A stretch of 64,000 nucleotides of DNA from Obrimoposthia wandeli (Eukaryota). Below the pieces are notes generated by a model. It was given only the letters and a program-made list of their open reading frames with translations, was not told the DNA's origin and made no database searches. Below, piece by piece: positions 1 through 10,689 of the stretch. Within the stretch, counting starts at the first letter, position 1. Each line of letters starts with the position of its first letter. A program made the translations under genes and the position numbers. The stretch spans positions 186,001-250,000 of the forward strand of contig CDROCS010000678.1 in the NCBI GenBank assembly GCA_977020255.1, written 5' to 3'.

Positions 1-2
1 TT

Positions 3-415
3 TGCGTTGATTATTATTGAACCACAAACTTTCTCACTTAGACTCTCGCTCAATTTCTGTAATTTCAATTTCAGAATTCAACACAAGTGTCACCTTTTGA
101 AGTTGCGTTTGGAAGAAAAAATTATCTCCATCGAGACTCAGCAACAGTAGAAAAGACTATAACAAATAAAATAGTTCAAAATAATTTATAAAGGTGGAAA
201 CAAATTAGCATAGTATGAAAAAGACAAAAGAACATCTAGAGAATTTTATATAGGAGAGGAATTGCTAGTCAAAGTAGACCAACATAAATTTCAAAAAACT
301 GGTAATCGATATGAAGGACCATTTATAATTAAAGAGTTCTTGTCTCCATATCAAGTAGAACTAAGTAGTAGCGGAGTAAATCGAACTAGAAGAATCGAAT
401 GATTAAATGAGGTTA
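3..415 (+). pseudogene. Ty3/gypsy integrase C-terminal fragment (GPY/F module), degenerate
   Basis: Frame 3 gives NSTQVSPFEVAFGR (end of the integrase core). After a frameshift, frame 1 gives REFYIGEELLVKVDQHKFQKTGNRYEGPFIIKEFLSPYQVEL, with GPF at 316-324. Several in-frame stops. Confidence 0.75.
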
Positions 416-458
416 GTCTATTAATTTATTTAAAATATTTTTTAATTTCATTTTTTAG

Positions 459-1404
459 AAACTTCAACTGGATTTGGCACTGTCACTGACCACGGCGGAG
501 AGACTGATTGAACTGCAGTACTTGGTGAGTCAATGTAGCCAGGAGTATCCAAGGAGTGAGCAGCGATACCTACCGACTCCAGATAAAATTAAGGTAAATT
601 ATTATAAATTAGTTAATAATTTTAATTATTCACATATGAAGCCAAATTGGAGGAAGAAATTTGGGAGGAGGCAACTCTCAGAGTACCCGTCGATAGGAAA
701 CAAGTGGCGGTTAAGAAACCCCAACGCCATCGAGTCAAAACCCACACGGTCCATCGGAAGAAGACCAAGTTGGTGAAACAGGCTAACCTGCCCGTCATTG
801 AGGTAAATTATTTATATGTTTAAATTTTATTTATGTTTTTTGTTGCAGGAACCAATACAATTAACTAAGGAGACATAGGGCAAAATTTATCCTGTCCCAC
901 AGAAGCGAACGAAGTGAGCTGCTGTACGGAAGACGAGGCGCCTTAAAAAGGCGAAATCTTGTCTACACAAATCGACCGAAGTAACGATAGAGCGACAGGA
1001 AAAACGTCCGTATCAGATTATTGAGGTAAATTTTTAGATATTTAAATATTTTTTAAATAAATGAACTTTATTAAAAATTGTATTAATGTTTTCTTTTGTA
1101 GGAACCCGTCTGGATAATTGAGGAGATTTGGGGAGAAATTACTTATTTTTTCAAGAAACGGACGAAGCGAGCAGAGGTGAAGAAGACAAAGCGCACGAAA
1201 AAATGTAGCACCTCAATTCGCCATTCTTCTGAAGCGGTGATTGGACGGCAGGAGATTCTTCAATCTCCAGTGGACGACGGGCCAATTCTTTACGAGAGGA
1301 TCCCAGTCTCACCGATCGAGATTAGTCCGCCATCAAGTCAACAACGCCTGCAGCAGACAATACCGCATACGAGATTTCAAATAATATATTACTACTATTT
1401 TTAA
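459..1404 (+). pseudogene. Polinton-associated spliced exon-repeat gene (SQ/acidic then K/R-rich repeats), copy 1
   Basis: Exons 459-593, 638-802, 849-1025 and 1102-1404 are separated by AT-rich introns (one acceptor mutated). All internal exons are multiples of 3 (phase 0), end in (V/I)IE or IK, and start with EP or EA. Exon 849-1025 has two stops. Homologous to 11410-12080, 24500-26230, 26275-26845 and 45090-46343. Confidence 0.7.
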
Positions 1405-1533
1405 GAAAGATTTTAGATTACTAAATGTTAAATATTTAGGTCAGAAATAAAAATTAGATCACTATATAATTTAAAGGAGAAAAAACAAAATACGAGTCAA
1501 AATTATTTTTCAAAACATTTATTAAACATAAAA

Positions 1534-1930
1534 CTACATATTGGCTTCACTCAAAGTCCAAAGAGGCTGCATTTTCCCGTCATCAGCAAAATATCCATTG
1601 AGACGTATTGAGATATTCCATAGTTCTTCATCTAGAATTGGAGCAATCAAATATCCTAGATCATCTTTAAAATCCAGACTGGGATCAGTTTCAAGCTGGA
1701 AAGAATTTCCTTCATATACATAATCAGGAATGTAAAATACCAAAATATTTTTCAATTGATCAATATCAGATGTTGTTAAAATTTCGATGAGATATTTATT
1801 CTCTCTTTTGATATTTTCACAGGATTCATAACTCGTATAATTTGATGCCTCTTTAATATATTACATAGTTTTCATTTTGAAATTCTTTCTGGATAATAAA
1901 AATTTACTACATATCTCAGAAGAGGATCCA
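1534..1930 (-). pseudogene. Unknown accessory ORF, frameshifted
   Basis: MDPLLRYVVNFYYPERI..., then a shifted frame continuing into ...DQLKNILVFYIPDYVYEGNSFQLETDPSLDFKDDLGYLIAPILDEELWNISIRLNGYF. Lies in a gene-dense virus-like block. No family recognised. Confidence 0.4.
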
Positions 1931-2089
1931 TTCTAAAATAAGGAAACTGATTAAAAAACAATGTTTATAAAAAAATACATATAAGATAGAAATATTAAAA
2001 AAAATAAAATCTGATTATTAATTGTCAAATGAAAGAAACATAGTAAAAATGAATAAAACCGATTACAATTTATTATATGCAAAATGAAA

Positions 2090-2586
2090 AGAAATTAAAT
2101 TGTTAAAACATAGAAATATGAGCACGTTGAATTTTCAACATAGGCAACTTTGTTCCCATTTCATCTTTCTTGTAACCATAAAGTCGAATTGTTACAGTGC
2201 TTCCTTTTCGGAAACGCATCAACATCTATTCTTCCTAATCTTCCATACTCATCTAGAAATGCTGCATCGACTCCTCAGATATCAAATTCGTTCTTATTGA
2301 AAGTAAAATTTGGAACTGCCTTTTAAACTTTCTGTTTAAGATATTGAAAATCTGGTTTTTGAATATTTGATAGATAATAGCTGAACTTTCTTCTTTCAAT
2401 TGTCACAGGATTTACTAAAGCAATCAGTTGAAACTTCTTCAAGAATCTGACTTTGTATTTGAAATATTGTTTCACTTCTTCATACATATCCTTATCCGAT
2501 TCTTCAAACATTTCTAAATCTTCGTCGCTGCTTAATATCCGTTGGCTATCTTCCATCATTGATAATTGTCTTTGATATGAATGCAT
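2090..2586 (-). pseudogene. Unknown accessory ORF with internal stops, divergent from the TBP-like gene
   Basis: The 87-aa ORF 2323-2586 continues in the same frame through stops (KAVPNFTFNKNEFDI*GVDAAFLDEYGRLGRIDVDAFPKRKHCNNSTLWLQER*NGNKVAYVENSTCSYFYVLTI). Confidence 0.45.
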
Positions 2587-2589
2587 TTA

Positions 2590-2835
2590 TTGTGATTTGT
2601 CCTCCAATGGCGCATTCTTTTATACTAATTTGTAACAAAGACATGAATCTCATTGGTTAATTTAACTAAAGCATTGCATTTGATTGGAATAAATACATAT
2701 TAAAAATCAAAATTGATTGGAAGAAATAGATCATCCAATTATAATAAGTTTGCAAGATAATTACAAGAAATGTGCAATAAAAAGGCAGGTTAAGACATAT
2801 ATAAAGTAGAATTTACAGAATACAATATTAGTCTA
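2590..2835. promoter_or_regulatory. Candidate bidirectional promoter with several CCAAT boxes and a TATA box
   Basis: About five CCAAT/ATTGG motifs in 250 bp, plus TATATAAAG about 40 nt upstream of the ATG at 2836, between two divergent ORFs. Confidence 0.5.
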
Positions 2836-3323
2836 ATGAAACTCGTAAATATTAATTATAAAGGTAGAATAAAAGATGATTTTTCGTACTTACCATTCAA
2901 TGAATGGAAGTCGAAACAATATATGAAAAGGTTTGACAATTTCACAGTTGTTATTTTTCCCACAGGTTAGTTTTTTTTTTTAAATTTTCATATTGAATTC
3001 TTTTAGAAAGTTGTCGTGTTATGGGATGCAAAATACCTTTGCTTGAGATCAATTTACCATTTGGAATTCGAATCACTGCAATACAATCAATCACAATTTC
3101 GGCTAATCTTGGGAAACAAATAAATATTTTTAAAATTGCAAAGAAAATGAAAGAAGAATGCATGTTTGAATTAGAAATTTTTCCTGCTCTCAGTTATTTG
3201 AAGTTTAAACCGCTATGTGTAAATATATTTTCCAGTGGTAAAGTTATGATATTGGGATTGAAAATTTTTGATTATCCAGACATTGTTGATTTGATTTTAG
3301 AAAATATATCTTATTACATCTAG
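2836..3323 (+). CDS. Divergent TATA-binding-protein (TBP)-like protein, 2 exons, 148 aa
   Basis: ATG 2836 and a 41-nt GT-AG intron (2966-3006) give an uninterrupted frame. Repeat 1: MKLVNINYKG...FTVVIFPTESCRVMGCK. Repeat 2: ...MFELEIFPALSYLKFKPLCVNIFSSGKVMILGLK, matching TBP YEPELFPGL...LIFVSGKVVLTGAK. Confidence 0.8.
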
Positions 3324-3672
3324 TTATCTTTTCTATAAAAAACCCGTTTAAACCTATTGTTTCAAATGAATAAAACTATAAATAAAGACAATGAAGTGGA
3401 TTGTCTTGTTGACGAAATATTTTCTGGAAAATTAACGGTAAACAAATTTTCTCAGAATTAAAAATTAAAGATTTAACAAGAGATAACATTGAAATATTGG
3501 TTATATCACACGTTATTCGAGAATTTAGAAATCGAACACAAATAAATAAAATTATGCCAAATGTGCATTAATTAATTTTTGTATTTCATTTACAATAGCT
3601 CTAACATTGTACATTTCAATAAGGAAACTTCTATTATAATATAAACAATATTAAACTGAAAGAGTATATGTA

Positions 3673-3756
3673 ATGGAGTTAAATAATAATGCTGTATTTC
3701 AAAAAGTTGGTCCCAGTGGAAGTGGAAAGACACATTTCACATGTAAAACATTTTAA
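3673..3756 (+). pseudogene. Polinton packaging ATPase N-terminus (Walker A), truncated by the BEL LTR
   Basis: MELNNNAVFQKVGPSGSGKTHFTCK: a Walker A motif (3709-3732) right at the N-terminus, as in Polinton A32-like ATPases. It runs into LTR-homologous sequence at about 3751. Confidence 0.6.
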
Positions 3757-3968
3757 GTAAAAAAATTTGTAAATATTATATGTGTTTTAACAGGTTAATT
3801 TAAATTAACCTTGGTGATTTATGTATCGAGGTCTTGTAGTGATGGTAAGGTATAGTTTAAAGTTAAATAAATCAATGAAAGATTTAGATGAATTGAAGTT
3901 ACCAGTTTTTATATTCTATCCTCCACTCCGAAACATGGTTTTTAAATTCTATCTTCCGCTCCGAAACA
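3751..3968 (+). repeat. BEL 5' LTR (5'-truncated; last ~33 bp tandemly duplicated)
   Basis: About 180 bp align with 10505-10689 at roughly 5% divergence by eye. Ends ...CCGAAACA twice (3935 and 3968). Confidence 0.85.
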
Positions 3969-3982
3969 TGGTAGCAGAGCGG
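3969..3982 (+). promoter_or_regulatory. Primer binding site
   Basis: TGGTAGCAGAGCGG immediately after the LTR-terminal ACA. TGG is complementary to the tRNA CCA end. Confidence 0.8.
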
Positions 3983-3997
3983 AAGACGGTCAAGAGA

Positions 3998-5011
3998 ATG
4001 ATGATGGAAGAAAAAGATAATATTTTGCTGATTTTATCAAGTCAAATAAAAAAAAAAGAGGATTTAAAGAAGTTGAAAGTTAACAAAACGCCTATAGCTA
4101 TAATAATTAACAAAGATAAGGAGTCTGTGGAAAATATTTCTAATCAAATATCTTCATTTTTAACCAAAGAAATGGTGATTGCACAATGTCATGAAGGAAA
4201 ATCTAAAAAGAAGACAAAGAAGATGATTTCTTCAGCTTATGATATTGTTGTCACTACAAATAAAATATATTCAATTATTGAGAAGCTAAATGTACCTGCA
4301 TTAGAAGTAATTGTCGAGAATATTGCGGTGGTTGTTCTTACTTTTATCAAATTTTCTGGTAAAGATGGTTATACTGCATATTTATTTACTGTAAACCGAG
4401 AATGCTTTAGTAAGAGTTGCCTGTATAAATCATTGAGAGGACTGATTGAAGAAGATGTTGTTGAACAATTAGAGCGTGTTGAAATGTCGAAAGATAAGTT
4501 GAAATTTGTGTTTGACTTACCTTCTTCTCTCGAGGAAATGTTCCAATCGTGTTGGTCAGATGATGGAGCAAGTATTCAGATGCCCGAGTGTATAAGAAAT
4601 ACCAAAGTGAGCCTAACTAACGATGCTTTGCTGAAATTAAGATGCTCCTTTCTGGGATTCTGCAAGCCGGTCTCGACAAGCAGCAATGAAGCCTCTCAAA
4701 GAAGCATCACAAAAATTCTCAGTGACTCAGTTAACTCAAGTCAGTTCAGTCTCAAAGTCGTAGAAAGGCTCTACATGACGTTTATCCGTGATTTTCGTCG
4801 GGAAATTGATTTCGTCGGATTCTTTGAGTTTCTTCAAGGACCTTTGTCGGAGGCATTTGGACGAATTCGCAGGATCATTTCCAAGGAAGCCATCTACATT
4901 ATGGTCCCCAAAATCATGGAGTCTAAACTCAGTACCAAGAGCCAGAGGATCCTTTTACGAGTGAGGACATTTGCTTTCATGGATGAAAACGAAATCAAAT
5001 TGGCCGTGTGA
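3998..5011 (+). CDS. Extra 5' ORF of the BEL element, with an N-terminal segment resembling a degenerate DEAD-box RecA domain
   Basis: Open about 337 codons downstream of the PBS. PIAIIINKDKESVENISNQISSFL...CHEGKS...ISSAYDIVVTT (4091-4290) follows the spacing of DEAD-box motifs Ia, GG and Ib. The remainder is predicted helical and unassigned. Confidence 0.55.
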   Translation: MMMEEKDNILLILSSQIKKKEDLKKLKVNKTPIAIIINKDKESVENISNQISSFLTKEMVIAQCHEGKSKKKTKKMISSAYDIVVTTNKIYSIIEKLNVPALEVIVENIAVVVLTFIKFSGKDGYTAYLFTVNRECFSKSCLYKSLRGLIEEDVVEQLERVEMSKDKLKFVFDLPSSLEEMFQSCWSDDGASIQMPECIRNTKVSLTNDALLKLRCSFLGFCKPVSTSSNEASQRSITKILSDSVNSSQFSLKVVERLYMTFIRDFRREIDFVGFFEFLQGPLSEAFGRIRRIISKEAIYIMVPKIMESKLSTKSQRILLRVRTFAFMDENEIKLAV

Positions 5012-5612
5012 GAGGATCAGAAGTTGGAGATAGGGGACAAAATGGACATTAAAATGATGTCACAGCTGGAGCCTTTTGTAATGGACAAGTCGCAGCTGGA
5101 GGTTAGGCCTTTATTACTGTTCTTATTCCCCGCCCCTTGCCGTTGTCTCATATGTGCCCACAATTTTCAACTTGAAGTAATGATAAAGTACTTGGTAATA
5201 TTAAATCGCAGGGAAAGTTTTAAGGAATGAGGTAAAGTAATGATAAAGTACTTGGTAATATAAAACCGTAGTGAAAATGTTTAGGGAACGAAGTGAGGAA
5301 GAATATATGGAGGATTTTAGAGGATGGCAGGCACGATCCGAGAAATTACCTCAGCTATCATTGGTGGAGGCCTATAGACGACGTCTGACGCAGGGATGCT
5401 TCGCAGTGTCGGTTGAGGGCGGGGACAGCGTACATCCAAACACAAGGATCGTGATCCCAGGAAAAGGTGGATACAACATTTCTAGGAGAGATGAAAGAGT
5501 GGAAGAGTTAAGATGGAAGTCGAGCGGTGAAGTTCAAAAGAGGAAGTGCGCGATCAGTGGTGTGGATATGATTGGGGATCATAGGCCGACTAGAGGAGGT
5601 AGTGATGTGGGA

Positions 5613-5819
5613 CAGTACTTTTTATGTATAGGGGGACATATAAATGTAGTGCCCTTGAAACGGAATGGCACAAGAAAGGACGCAATGGAGGAGATTCAGG
5701 AGCGATATGGGTTAAATGAGGAGAGTTGCTGGTTACAACGCCAGGGAAGGAGAGTGGAGATGGGGGAGAGCATTGGGGATAGCAGCAATATTGTCGTGAT
5801 GATGAGGTTGAAAAGAGGA
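5613..5819 (+). other. Ubiquitin-like domain in the gag-side ORF of the BEL element
   Basis: QYFLCIGGHINVVPLKRNGTRKDAMEEIQERYGLNEESCWLQRQGRRVEMGESIGDSSNIVVMMRLKRG aligns by eye with ubiquitin (QIF..., IQDKEG, GKQLEDG, LRLRGG). Part of ORF 5271-5864. Confidence 0.65.
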
Positions 5820-5864
5820 ATGTGGGAGGAAAACAATGAGAGAGCGAAGAGGGTTACGAGATAG

Positions 5865-7620
5865 GAGATAATATTGGCTGGCGATGAATGGACGGAAGCA
5901 CGGAATACAGAAGAGGACTCAGACAAGAGAAAAAGGAATAGGGATATCGTACGAAGATTCAGTGACCAGAAGAACAGAGAGTTGGAGCAGGCGATGGAAA
6001 ACAAAGACCAACTCAAGATAAAGGAGATAAAGAGTTAAATAGCAAAAGCAGAAAATAAATTTAAGGTTATAATCACAAAAGAGTCAAGAGAAAATAAGAA
6101 TCAAGAATCAAGAGAAAATAATGTGTGGAAGGGGCTAAAAAAGATTAGTATCCCATATTTTTTAGTGATTATAAGGATTATGAAAGTTGGAGGGCAATAT
6201 TTGGTACTGTGATTAATCAAACCAATGCACCAAAGCAAGAAAAGATGCTGCAGCTGATGGAGTATGTGAGGCGGGAACCTTACAGGTTAATTCAAAACCT
6301 TGGGTTCACGGATGCAAGTTACGATGAAGCTTTAAGATTGCTAGAAGAAAGGTACGGAGGAAGGGAAAGCAATTATAGAGGTTTGATGGACAAAGTTGAA
6401 AAGTTTAGAGTGATAAGGTGGAGAGAAGACCAAGATCTGGACGCCTTTGTACAATTAATAAACAAGATAGTAATCAGAGCAAGAGAAGAAGACAACAAGG
6501 GTGATCTTAAAAATGGGTTTCTGTTCAAGAAGCTGTTGAGAAAGTTGCCAATGTTAGAAGTGATGGATTGGACGAAGTGGATCCAACAAAACGGGAATAA
6601 AGAGAATGTATGTACGTTAAAGATATGGGCCTAGCAAAATGTGAGAATCTAAGAAGAGCCAATGAGGTTAATGGAAGTCGTGAGAATCAAAGAAGGCGAG
6701 CCAGTGACGTTGAAAAACTCAGGAGATGCAATAATGACACACATCATTACACTCACATTATTTGCAAATAGTAAACGAAATGGAAAAATGGTTATAAAGC
6801 AGCCCACAAAAGTCTAGAGAAAGGCAGAATGTGCAAAATGTAGAGCCAACCACCATACGGATCAATGTGAGTAGGTTAAACAGTTGACAGAGGCAGCGAG
6901 GCAGAAGTGGGTCGAGATAGAGAAAATATGTAAGAATTGCTTACGCAGTAATCAAACGGTGGAGAAGTGTAGATTTAATCAGTTATGTCGGACATATGGA
7001 TGCCACGAAAAGCATCACTGGCTTCTGCACGATAAAGGGGGGGAGAGAATAGTAGGTCAAACAATGGTAATAAAGGACAGACAACAGAAGGCACGCGCAT
7101 TCATAGCGTTAAGGACAGTGCCAGTGATAATAAGAAGAAATGACATTGAAACATGCGCGAACGCGCTTTTAGATGACGTTAGTACCCTATAATATATAAG
7201 TAAGGAATTAGCTTGCACTTTGAGTGCACGAGGTACAAAAATATAACTGCCTGTCGGAGTTATTTGGAGTGAGTGCGTAAGTTAGACTGCGAAGAGATAT
7301 AAGCCGAAATTAGCAGCAGAGATGGGAAAATTAAACGAGTAGTAAAGATGTTGACGCTGGAGGAAATTGCAGATAGTTTAGAAGTGATAAACTGGTCTGA
7401 AGAATCATCTTACTGGCAACATTTAGCAGGTATTGAATTTCCGAATTCAGAGTCCCAGAAGAAGGTGGATATACTGATTGGAGCTGATCACCTGGACTTA
7501 CACCAATTTATCAAATAAGTAGTAGGTCCACGCGATGCTTCAATTGCGAGATTAACACCACTAGGGTGGACATGTGTTAGACGAGTTAAGAAAACAAACG
7601 CAGTCAATCAATCGACCAAT
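5865..7620 (+). pseudogene. gag: BEL gag and protease region
   Basis: DUF1759-like KMLQLMEYVRREPYRLIQNLGFTDASYDEALRLLEERYG, the BEL Cys/His array CKNCLRSNQTVEKCRFNQLCRTYGCHEKHHWLLH, protease relic ANALLDDVS and the VDILIGADH motif. Broken by stops. Confidence 0.85.
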
Positions 7621-10232
7621 ATGTGCTATACACTATTCAGTAAAAAAGAAGTGGATATAGATTTAAGAAGATTCTGGGAAGTTGAATCTGTTCCTGACAG
7701 AAAAAGGAAGATAAACCACGAGGAGTCTCAATTTATCCACTTATCAAGAGCAGGAGTGGTACATGAGAACAACCGCTATGAAGTCAAGTTGCTATGGAAT
7801 GAGAAAACAATCCGACTTGCGAATGAATAGCTCCATGGTTGAAAGAAGGTTAAATAGTCTCATCAGAAAGTTGGATAAATATCGTTTATTAAAAGACGAC
7901 TTTTCAACGGTAATAGAAAATTATATGACTAAAGGGTACATAAAAAGTTAACGTTAGATGAAGAGAAAGAAACAAAGTGGTTACTACCTCACTTCCCAGT
8001 GGTAAAACGAGAAAAAAGTACAACAAAAAGGTTTTGTTAGCCTGATAGTCATCAGAGCCAAAATTATTATGCAGGAAGTCTGGCTTACAGGGTCGGATTG
8101 GGATCGAAAAGTAAATCAAGAATTAACTAAGAGAATAGTACAATGGATAGCGGATTGTAAGCGACTGAAATAGATCAAGATTCCGAGGTGGATGATAACA
8201 AGTGAGAAACAGAAAGAAATTCATGTATTTGTGGATGCCTCGACTACTGCGTTTGGTGCAGTGAAATACATGTATAATGAAGACGCAGGCAGAGTGAAGA
8301 TGCGATTGGTGGCAGCTAAGAGTAGAGTTGCCTCAGTAAGAATAAAAAGTGTACCCAGATTAGAGCTGATGGCTGCAGTGATTGGAGTGAAGTTAGCACA
8401 AACAATATGGGAGGCCTTAAATTTAACGGAGGTAAAAACAACATTTTGGTCGGACAGCAAGAACGTATTAAGGTGGATACGCCAGCCGGGAAGAGACTAC
8501 AACCCCTTTGTAGCCAACCGAGTGGGAATGATCCAAGATGATACCGATATAAAGCTTTAGAAGTATGTGCCCACGAAGCTAAATCCAACAGATATACTAT
8601 CGCGGGGAGTCGATGTACAGCTATTGATTGAGGAGACAGTTTGGTGGGAAGGACCGGAGTACCTAAAAGAACAGAAAGAAAATTGGCCAATTAATTTAGA
8701 TTTAGAAGAAATACAGTCAGATAAAGAGAAAAAGAGACAGTACAAGTAGGTAACAATGTTCATACAGGAAGTAAACTGTTTCAAGATAGAGACTTATTCC
8801 TACTTGACGAGGTTGAAGAGAGTCTTAGCTTGGATACTACGATTTGCACGAAATATAAAGTTACCTCAAAATCGCAGACTTGTAGGCGAGCTGAAGATGG
8901 ATGAGGTGGAAGAAGGGATGCAGGGGTTGATAAAGAATGAACAGATTCAGTACTTCTGCAAGGAATACCAAAGATTGATAAAGAGGAAAGAGATTGAGAG
9001 AACAAGCTCCTTGCTAAGGTTGAAGCCGTGTGTGGATGAAAAAGGGATAATCAGAGCCAATAACCAAATTATTAATGCGGAGTTTTTAGATAATGACACA
9101 AAATATCCCATAATGTTATCGGAAAAGAGTTGGCTAACTATATTAATCATAAAGGATACACACAAGAAGTTACGACATTACGTCGGGGTACAGCATATAC
9201 TGAATGAGAGTCAAAATAAATATTGGATTCCTAAAGTACGAAGAGTAATCAAAGAAATAGAGCGAGAATGCTTAAACTGCAATAAAAAAAGCCGAATGGA
9301 TGGTCAAAGAGATGGTCTCCTTGCCAGGATTCAGATTCAAACAACTGTTTAGGGCTTTTGCAAACGTCGGAGTGGACTTTGCAGGACCATTCATCACAAA
9401 ACAAGGACGGAGAAGAGTGAGGACTAAGATATGCCATTGCTTTTTTACATGCCTGCAAACGTGCGCCATTAATTTAGAGATAGCTTATGGTTTGGATGTC
9501 AATGGGTTTATTAGGGCATTAAAAATATTTATAAGAAGAAGAGGAAGACAACGAATGATAATATCAGATAATGGCACAAATTTTATGGGGGCGGTGAATG
9601 AAGTGAACGAATTGGTACCGGATGGTTATCGGATTCAAAAAGAGTTAGTAAGGAGGAAATACGTTGGGTCTTCAACCCACCACATGTACCACATTTTGGT
9701 AGGGTCTTTGAGATCATGATAAAATGTGCAAAAAGGGCTATTTACCGGATACTAAGAGGAGTGACTGACGAAGAATTACAACCAGTGTTCATCGAAGCGG
9801 AAAGCCTTGTAAATTCTAGGCCCATTGGAGTTAAGAGCATGGATGCGAAAGAGAATAAGGCGCTTACACCCAACCATTCTTTAATAAATCAGGCGTATGC
9901 TGAGACGAAATTTAGGAGCGATGAAATAAAGTCAAAGCACAGATGGAAGTTTGTCCAAAGGTTAACCAGTATGCTATGGAAGCGATGGATTGAGGAGGTT
10001 GTACCCATGTGGGCACCGAGACAGAAGTAGCATGAGGCACGCACACCGTTACTGATCGACGACATCATGTGGATAATAGAGAAGCTAGAGGAGAGTGGGA
10101 AATGGAAATTAGGAAGAGTGGGAAAATTAGATACAGGAGAGGATGGCAAGGTGAGAGTAGCAAAGATTAGGGTGGGAAGTAAGCTAAAAGTTAGAGCGCT
10201 ACATAGCGTGTGTAGATTACATTGGCTCTTTT
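7621..10232 (+). pseudogene. pol: BEL pol remnant: RT N-terminus, Pao RNase H, integrase
   Basis: WLLPHFPVVKREKSTTK joins directly to GFVSLIVIRAKIIMQEVW at about 8030. Then HVFVDAS...PRLELMAA...FWSDS, NPTDILSRG, WWEGP, H-H-C-C zinc motif, VGVDFAGPF, ISDNGTNF, EAESLVNSRP and LTPNH. Confidence 0.9.
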
Positions 10233-10377
10233 GAGCTGGTTTATAATTTGCTCATTGTTATCATTATGTCAATGCTGAATAATGAAAGTAAGCATGTGAT
10301 TGGGTGATAATGATGAGTAAAGAGGTTATAGAACGTTAAATAGAATATCAGCCGTAGATTGATCATGTCTGATCAAA

Positions 10378-10689
10378 TGGGGAAGAATGTTGAAGAACCT
10401 CCGAAAGAATAAAATATATTAAAATACTTTTAGAAATAAATTCAATAGTGGGCAGTGAGATGATGATGATGGGCGGGTAATGGATCTGGTAATGGAGGTC
10501 ATATTTTTACATAAAATTTTATGTAAATGTTTTATGTGTTTTAACAGGTTAATTTAAATTAACCTTGGGGATTTATGTATCGAAGTCTTGTAGTGATGGC
10601 AAGGTATAGTTTAAAGTTAAATAAATCAATGAAAAATTTAGATGAATTGAATTTACCAGTTTTTATATTCTATTCTCCGCTCTGAAACA
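10378..10689 (+). repeat. Polypurine tract and BEL 3' LTR (TGTT...AACA)
   Basis: Purine tract GGGGAAGAA ends at 10387. LTR 10388-10689 starts TGTTGAAG and ends CTGAAACA. Confidence 0.85.

Larger units (their letters stand above)
3751..10689 (+). mobile_element. BEL/Pao LTR retrotransposon, degenerate, RT core deleted
   Basis: Paired LTRs, PBS, PPT, DUF1759-type gag, Cys/His knuckle, protease relic, Pao-type RNase H, integrase and C-terminal domain in the BEL order. Many stops and frameshifts. Confidence 0.92.

Noticed and set aside
5696-10149. Minus-strand ORFs overlapping the BEL element
   Set aside because: Antisense shadows of the purine-rich gag-pol strand; no independent motifs.
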